Virus genome (UHGV): UHGV-0098755
Reading direction: 5' to 3' (one strand)
Length of the DNA stretch: 64,000 nucleotides
From: a virus
The translations under genes were made by a program, and so were the position numbers. Shown here in pieces: positions 58,798-64,000 of the stretch. How positions within the stretch are numbered: position 1 is the stretch's first letter; each line of letters opens with the position of its first letter. The notes beneath the pieces are model-generated. The model had not been told where the DNA came from. It made no database searches and worked only from the letters and a program-made list of their open reading frames with translations.

Positions 58798-59823
58798 CTA
58801 GTTTAGTGCATTTAGTGCATTGTTCAGTTTAGAACGCTGCTTTGTCAGATTTTGAACCCTTGACTGAGCTTGTTCTAACACCTTTTCAGCTTCTAGCACT
58901 TCATTGGTCGCTTTAACGAGTTCATCATCTACTGCCTTAAGAGACTTCTCAATCGCGTCAGCGTGCCATTTTTCAACAGGTTTAAGACTCGGATTTTCAA
59001 TAGGAAGAAAATTCACTTTATTGAATTTCCATGCATCCTTATTACCTGAACTATACATCCAAAATTTAGGATCGTTTGATAAGTAATTGGATAAATTTAA
59101 ATTTAAGTTATCTTGTACTTCTTGCTTTTTCTCTTGTGTAACTTCGTCCTTTCTCAAAAAATCATATTTAAATGAAACGATCATATCAAGTTCATATGTT
59201 GTCGTATCTAACTTAAATCGTTCAAAACGAGGTAAAATCTTAGATTGAACAGCAGAAACAACATCCATATACTTAAATGCTTCTGTCAACTGTGATTTAA
59301 GGCATTCACAAATTGAAAGAGAATTTTTAGTATTAGGCTTAAAGCTAATTCGTGCAGTTCTATTATTTTCTTTTAATGGTCTTACTTCCATTTGAAGAGT
59401 ATAACCATCAAATTTCAGATTCTTTAAGTTAATATCAGAACCTTTTAATCGACTAGCAGTAGACAAAATTTGTTTTAATTGTCTACGGAACAGAGCAATA
59501 AATCTCCATTCAAGACGATAATGATTTGGATTAAAAAATCCTGTTGATAAATCGACCTTACTTTGACCAACGCCTTGAACAAATAGAGGATTTTTATAAT
59601 CAACAGTTTTACAGAAATCGGTGAGCTGCTCACGAGCAGTCATTTGAGTAATATACCCCGCTTTACTAAAATGACGTAACCATTCACTGCTATTCATATA
59701 CTTAAAGTGAATATCACGATTAACTTTATCAGGGTCTAAATTATTTTGGCACAAAAATGTCATAACATCACGAGTATAACTGGCATTACGAACCATATCT
59801 TCAATTTGAGAACGAGTTTTCAT
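58798..59823 (-). CDS. Paralogue-family protein with C-terminal coiled coil (341 aa), nrdC.5
   Basis: N-terminus MKTRSQIEDMV. Confidence 0.55.
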   Translation of the reverse strand: MKTRSQIEDMVRNASYTRDVMTFLCQNNLDPDKVNRDIHFKYMNSSEWLRHFSKAGYITQMTAREQLTDFCKTVDYKNPLFVQGVGQSKVDLSTGFFNPNHYRLEWRFIALFRRQLKQILSTASRLKGSDINLKNLKFDGYTLQMEVRPLKENNRTARISFKPNTKNSLSICECLKSQLTEAFKYMDVVSAVQSKILPRFERFKLDTTTYELDMIVSFKYDFLRKDEVTQEKKQEVQDNLNLNLSNYLSNDPKFWMYSSGNKDAWKFNKVNFLPIENPSLKPVEKWHADAIEKSLKAVDDELVKATNEVLEAEKVLEQAQSRVQNLTKQRSKLNNALNALN

Positions 59824-59831
59824 GGTGTTCC

Positions 59832-60743
59832 TTAAGATTTAAGTAAATCAACAATTTTAATTAATTTTTCACGCTCAGATTTAGCTTTACTACTCAATCC
59901 AGATAGTCTGAAAATTTCATCGTCATATTGTTGAATAGAAATATTCAGCTCTTCAATTTGCTTATTAAAATAATCAATTTGTTCAGAATGTTTTTCGTTA
60001 CTACGAACTGGTGCAGGTTTTGTAGGCAATTTAGTTGAACTGGATTCATCCGGGCGATAAATTAAAATACAACTTGAACCAATCGGACATTTAGCACCAG
60101 ACACATATTCTAATGTTCCAGCTTCTTTTAAAATTTCAAAAGCTAAACAGAGATGATGCCCCATATTAACATAATCTGTAGAGTGAGCTCTGACGTAATA
60201 ATCATCTCCACGAGTGCTAAATTTAAAGCATTTAAGGTCTTCTGTATTATTAGTTTTAAAAATCATTTGTTTATCTAGACCTTTAGCCAATCGAGCGCCT
60301 AATGCTAATAATCGTCGTTGATTTTCCCACAAATCTGCGATCATTTGGTCAAATGATAATTTCGGCATTAGTCGACCATAAAGGTCATATCCTTTATTAT
60401 AATTACGAAGGATTTCACTCGCGTTAATACGAGACAATGCTCCAATTTTATTAAGGGCTTTCATAATGCGATTAGATAAACCCATTCCAGACCCGTTTGT
60501 TCGCTGTAAATGTTTTTCTAATCCAAATCCAATATCAACTTTAAATTTATCTAAAATTTCAGCATGAACATCTCTGTCAATAACATTCAAATCCAAAGTT
60601 GGGTTAAATCTATGAAAAAATTTATCTGGCTCTCCACGACGAAGTACAGTCCATTCATTCATCATTTTTTTATTAACTAAAGATTTAATTACTGCATTGA
60701 CATTATTAATTACTACTGACATATTTTCCTCACTCAATTTCAA
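59832..60743 (-). CDS. Protein with C-terminal coiled coil (303 aa), nrdC.6
   Basis: ORF; coiled-coil tail. Confidence 0.5.
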   Translation of the reverse strand: MKLSEENMSVVINNVNAVIKSLVNKKMMNEWTVLRRGEPDKFFHRFNPTLDLNVIDRDVHAEILDKFKVDIGFGLEKHLQRTNGSGMGLSNRIMKALNKIGALSRINASEILRNYNKGYDLYGRLMPKLSFDQMIADLWENQRRLLALGARLAKGLDKQMIFKTNNTEDLKCFKFSTRGDDYYVRAHSTDYVNMGHHLCLAFEILKEAGTLEYVSGAKCPIGSSCILIYRPDESSSTKLPTKPAPVRSNEKHSEQIDYFNKQIEELNISIQQYDDEIFRLSGLSSKAKSEREKLIKIVDLLKS

Positions 60744-61137
60744 TTTTACTAAATATACAGAATAAAATGGAACAGACTATATAAGCACCACACACAGATT
60801 GAACTAATACCATTCCAAAGAACCAAACAATATTATCAAACAATGTCTGTTTTACGTCGAAAGGACGTAAACTTACAGTAATATTATCACCTTTTTCTAT
60901 TGAAGAATACATCTCTGGTGAAATATATTCGCTAAATCTATAACCGTCTTTGAGTTCATATACAGCAATAAACGATAAACTAGACCCCTTTCCTTGAGTT
61001 CCTGTAAGGGTATTAACTACAGTAACATCATAATCTTTATAATGCATATAATCATTAATAGCATAATAACCATATGCAATTACTATACATAAACAACATA
61101 TCAATAAATTCAATCTTTTAATTATCAACTGTTTCAT
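60730..61137 (-). CDS. Membrane protein (135 aa), nrdC.7
   Basis: N- and C-terminal hydrophobic segments. Confidence 0.5.
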   Translation of the reverse strand: MKQLIIKRLNLLICCLCIVIAYGYYAINDYMHYKDYDVTVVNTLTGTQGKGSSLSFIAVYELKDGYRFSEYISPEMYSSIEKGDNITVSLRPFDVKQTLFDNIVWFFGMVLVQSVCGAYIVCSILFCIFSKIEIE

Positions 61138-61192
61138 AATAATCTCAATTAAAAGGGCTTAGAACCATTATACCATCCTTGGTATAAAGCGG

Positions 61193-61720
61193 TTATGCGA
61201 GTACCGTCTTTAACCGTTCTTCAAACTTCCGAAGAGTATTTTGGCGTTCAGCTCTTTGCTTTTTGTAAGTTTCAATACGCTCTGAAATGAGAGTGTATCG
61301 TTCATTTACTGATTCTTTCATAAAATCAGGAATTTCACGAGAAGCTTTAATCTCGTCAAATTTATCAATAACAGCTTGCTCTTCAGCAATTAAGTTATCA
61401 TACATCAAAATATCTTTCTTGATGAACTCAATATCTTCTTGAGTTACACGAGATAATTTAGATGCTTTATCCTTTTTGTACTGTTCGTTAGTATCACGAG
61501 ACCAGTGTAATGTACGATTTTTATTCGTATTCTTGTAAATTTCTACAATACCAATCTCATCAATAATAACGATCCAATTCCAGCGGGATTTGTAAATTTG
61601 TCCTCCATCAACAGTGATTTCACCTCCGATTGAGATGTCGTTAAAGAACTTGCTTTGTGCTTCAGATTTAAATTTACCATCGTTGTAATTTACCAAGTTG
61701 AAAATATCTTTAGCGTTCAT
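61193..61720 (-). CDS. Hypothetical protein (175 aa), nrdC.8
   Basis: ORF preceded by promoter repeat at 61731-61790. Confidence 0.5.
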   Translation of the reverse strand: MNAKDIFNLVNYNDGKFKSEAQSKFFNDISIGGEITVDGGQIYKSRWNWIVIIDEIGIVEIYKNTNKNRTLHWSRDTNEQYKKDKASKLSRVTQEDIEFIKKDILMYDNLIAEEQAVIDKFDEIKASREIPDFMKESVNERYTLISERIETYKKQRAERQNTLRKFEERLKTVLA

Positions 61721-61780
61721 TTTCTGTTCCTCCGTAGTTGATAGTTGTATAGTACCACAGAGGAACAGTCTTGTAAACCA

Positions 61781-62095
61781 CTAAAAGAAACTTCTTTCAC
61801 AATTTTTTCCACTGAACCAAGCGCTCACTGCTTTCTTAGTCTCAGGAGCAGTGTTATCCATAAACCATTCAAAGGCAGCCTTTTTATGATTCTGGAGGGC
61901 TTCTCGGGCTTTAATCTGCTCACGGTCTATTAACACTAACATATGAGCCTTTCTTGTCACCATGGGCTTCTTATGATTTTTTGAATACTCCCAGTCATTT
62001 GTCCATCGCATTGTCGTTGCGAATTGAAATACAGCTTCTTTAATCTTAGTTTCGTAAATTTCACGAGCCTTTGAGTATAACATCACTACCTCCAT
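61781..62095 (-). CDS. Hypothetical protein (104 aa), nrdC.9
   Basis: ORF. Confidence 0.5.
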   Translation of the reverse strand: MEVVMLYSKAREIYETKIKEAVFQFATTMRWTNDWEYSKNHKKPMVTRKAHMLVLIDREQIKAREALQNHKKAAFEWFMDNTAPETKKAVSAWFSGKNCERSFF

Positions 62096-62184
62096 TTACC
62101 AGTTTAATTCTAATCATCTTTTTGATGGCAGTCCATATAATCTATTTCTGAACTGCCTTTTTGTCATAGAAGTCCTCTTATGAA

Positions 62185-63165
62185 TTATTTTAGAAGAGTA
62201 ACCTCAGCAATTTCTTCCCAACCATTTTTGTCGGTCATAATAAAGTCAGCAAGATAAAGAGCAGTACGCAGTGAAACATTGCGTAAACGATTAACATTAA
62301 CTTTCATCCATGATAATGCTTTATAAGTTTCTTCATCAGAAAGACCGCGCTTTTGCATCATGTCAGTTGAAAGAATAACATCTTCAACCCTGACCATAAT
62401 TTCTTCATTAGTGTGAACACCCAAATCTAAATAAACCGAGCGGGACACTAATGCTTGTAAGTGTGGAGCAAGTTTAGTACCACGGTCTAATTCGCGGTCA
62501 ATGTCAACGTTTGTGATAAAAACAATCGTTCCTTTAAATTCAAACTCACGGTCAATGCCTTTTTCTTCTAAGTAAGAAGATGCAGTGCTCCAGCAGACTT
62601 TACGGGTCTCTCCAGTGTCCAGAGCAGCTTTTAGAAGATTAAGAATGTCCATATCAGAGAAAACATCCACATCATCAATCAAAAGGACAGAATTCTCTTC
62701 ACGATTATTCCAAAGCTGTTCATAAAGACCAATACCAGAGATTTTACCATTAATGCTTTTATATTCAATGTATCCATTATCATTTGCTTTATTTAAAGCT
62801 TTATCTAAAGAATACGTTTTACCAATACCTGCTGCGCCAGAGATAATTAATGAACGAATATTTCCATTAATAATACCATTCGTCATCATTCCCATAACAT
62901 TAAATCTTTTATTAATGCGGGTTTTCATATCTTCATACGATTCTTTAACTTCTTCAACTTTTACACCATCATATGAAATATCTGATTTGTAAACCCAAAC
63001 ACCGCGACGTTTACCGTCAATTTCAACAAAAACTTTACCATCTCCTTGTGCATCTACCGGAGCATTATCTGGGAACCATTCGCCTAAGAGCTCAAAAGTT
63101 CCAGAGATTTCTTTACCGAAGTAGATACCCTTATTGATAGTTACAGTTTTCATTTTATTCTCCAA
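62185..63165 (-). CDS. P-loop NTPase (326 aa), nrdC.10
   Basis: Walker A GAAGIGKT, Walker B LLIDDVD. Confidence 0.6.
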   Translation of the reverse strand: MENKMKTVTINKGIYFGKEISGTFELLGEWFPDNAPVDAQGDGKVFVEIDGKRRGVWVYKSDISYDGVKVEEVKESYEDMKTRINKRFNVMGMMTNGIINGNIRSLIISGAAGIGKTYSLDKALNKANDNGYIEYKSINGKISGIGLYEQLWNNREENSVLLIDDVDVFSDMDILNLLKAALDTGETRKVCWSTASSYLEEKGIDREFEFKGTIVFITNVDIDRELDRGTKLAPHLQALVSRSVYLDLGVHTNEEIMVRVEDVILSTDMMQKRGLSDEETYKALSWMKVNVNRLRNVSLRTALYLADFIMTDKNGWEEIAEVTLLK

Positions 63166-63222
63166 TTTTACATTTGTTTTGATAGGGTAATAGTATCACA
63201 CTACTACCCTGCTGTAAACAAT

Positions 63223-63486
63223 TTATTTTAATGTTTGCCAAATTTTTACTGCTTCGCGACGAGATACTTCTACGGCGCCAAGTTCTATAGCTTTTTGGCG
63301 TCGCCGAGCGTGTAAGTCATAATGTTTAATGCGTTTATCTTGAAACCAAGAACGTTTCATTCCTATTGCTTCTGCCATTTCGTGAAGCTCTTCAATATCT
63401 CCATCAGTGAACATATGACAATTTTTAGTTGGATGACCGCGAAGTTTCCATCCATGATTCATTAAAACATCTACGTAAACTGTCAT
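63223..63486 (-). CDS. Hypothetical basic protein (87 aa), nrdC.11
   Basis: ORF. Confidence 0.5.
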   Translation of the reverse strand: MTVYVDVLMNHGWKLRGHPTKNCHMFTDGDIEELHEMAEAIGMKRSWFQDKRIKHYDLHARRRQKAIELGAVEVSRREAVKIWQTLK

Positions 63487-63650
63487 TGATTCTTCTCCAA
63501 ATAAGTTTCGATAATTTTCTGGGCGAGATAAACCGCGTTATCTTCAGTTGCGTCTTCTAAGAAACTTTCAAAACACTCTGAAATTTCTTCTGTATCAATC
63601 AACTTTTTTACTTCAATTGGTGTAATTTTCATTTTGTTTTCCGTTTAAGT

Positions 63651-63720
63651 GTTTGTTTTGATAGTTGTATAGTACCATAAAGCTTTATGCTTGTAAACCA
63701 CTTTGTGAAAAATTTTTGAA
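63651..63720 (-). promoter_or_regulatory. Early promoter with 14-bp palindrome CATAAAGCTTTATG in spacer
   Basis: Conserved repeat family; GTTTAC (RC) at 63692-63697. Confidence 0.5.
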
Positions 63721-63721
63721 A

Positions 63722-63750
63722 TAAAAAAGGGGACCTCTAGGGCCCCTTTG
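63722..63750 (-). terminator. Rho-independent terminator (GGGGACC/GGGCCCC stem, U-tract)
   Basis: Hairpin at 63729-63746 with T/A runs on both sides; may act bidirectionally. Confidence 0.55.
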
Positions 63751-63757
63751 TGTTGAT

Positions 63758-63994
63758 TTATTCCATTTCTACTATATGCATGTTCTTTTTGCTATCAAAA
63801 TATATGTTTTTAACTATTAACTCAGAATTAATTGGCAGTAAAAACTCTCTTTCATAATCTACCATACAAAGATTATCATAAAGCTTGTTAAGCTTATCAT
63901 CGTCAGTTTGGCCAGATTCTTCAATTGCGATTAAATTTTCTAAAATGTCAATCATAGCAGTCGAATAGTCGAAAACGTTTGCATTTTTTAACAC
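63758..63994 (-). CDS. Hypothetical acidic protein (78 aa)
   Basis: ORF near window end. Confidence 0.45.
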   Translation of the reverse strand: MLKNANVFDYSTAMIDILENLIAIEESGQTDDDKLNKLYDNLCMVDYEREFLLPINSELIVKNIYFDSKKNMHIVEME

Positions 63995-64000
63995 TACTAA

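Overview
This window is a contiguous segment of a T4-like (T-even, Tequatrovirus-type) phage genome, colinear with the T4 map from the 3' part of tail-fibre gene 37 to the nrdC.1-nrdC.11 block. All calls rest on reading the six-frame ORFs, motifs, protein lengths and gene order from memory of T4; no database search was run. Genes 37, 38 and holin t are on the + strand; almost everything else (early/middle genes) is on the - strand in gene-terminator-promoter-gene units. Recognised content: asiA, arn, motA, 52, ac, stp, ndd, denB, rIIB, rIIA, 39, dexA, dda, modA, modB, soc, 56, dam, 61, sp, dmd, 41, uvsX, 42, imm, 43, regA, 62, 44, 45, 46, 47, alpha-gt, 55, nrdH, nrdG, nrdD, 49, nrdC. It is not T4 itself: gene 39 is one uninterrupted 606-aa ORF (no gene 60 split), no seg/mob homing-endonuclease genes are recognisable at the loci where I recall them in T4, nrdD is intact, and the beta-gt position holds a different DXD glycosyltransferase. 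No rRNA, tRNA, CRISPR array or transposon was seen. I did not find a clearly foreign inserted system; the best candidates for new biology are the replaced glycosyltransferase, the 61.x anti-defence block, membrane micro-ORF clusters, a four-gene paralogue family in the nrdC.3-.6 block, and conserved promoter repeats with a palindromic spacer.
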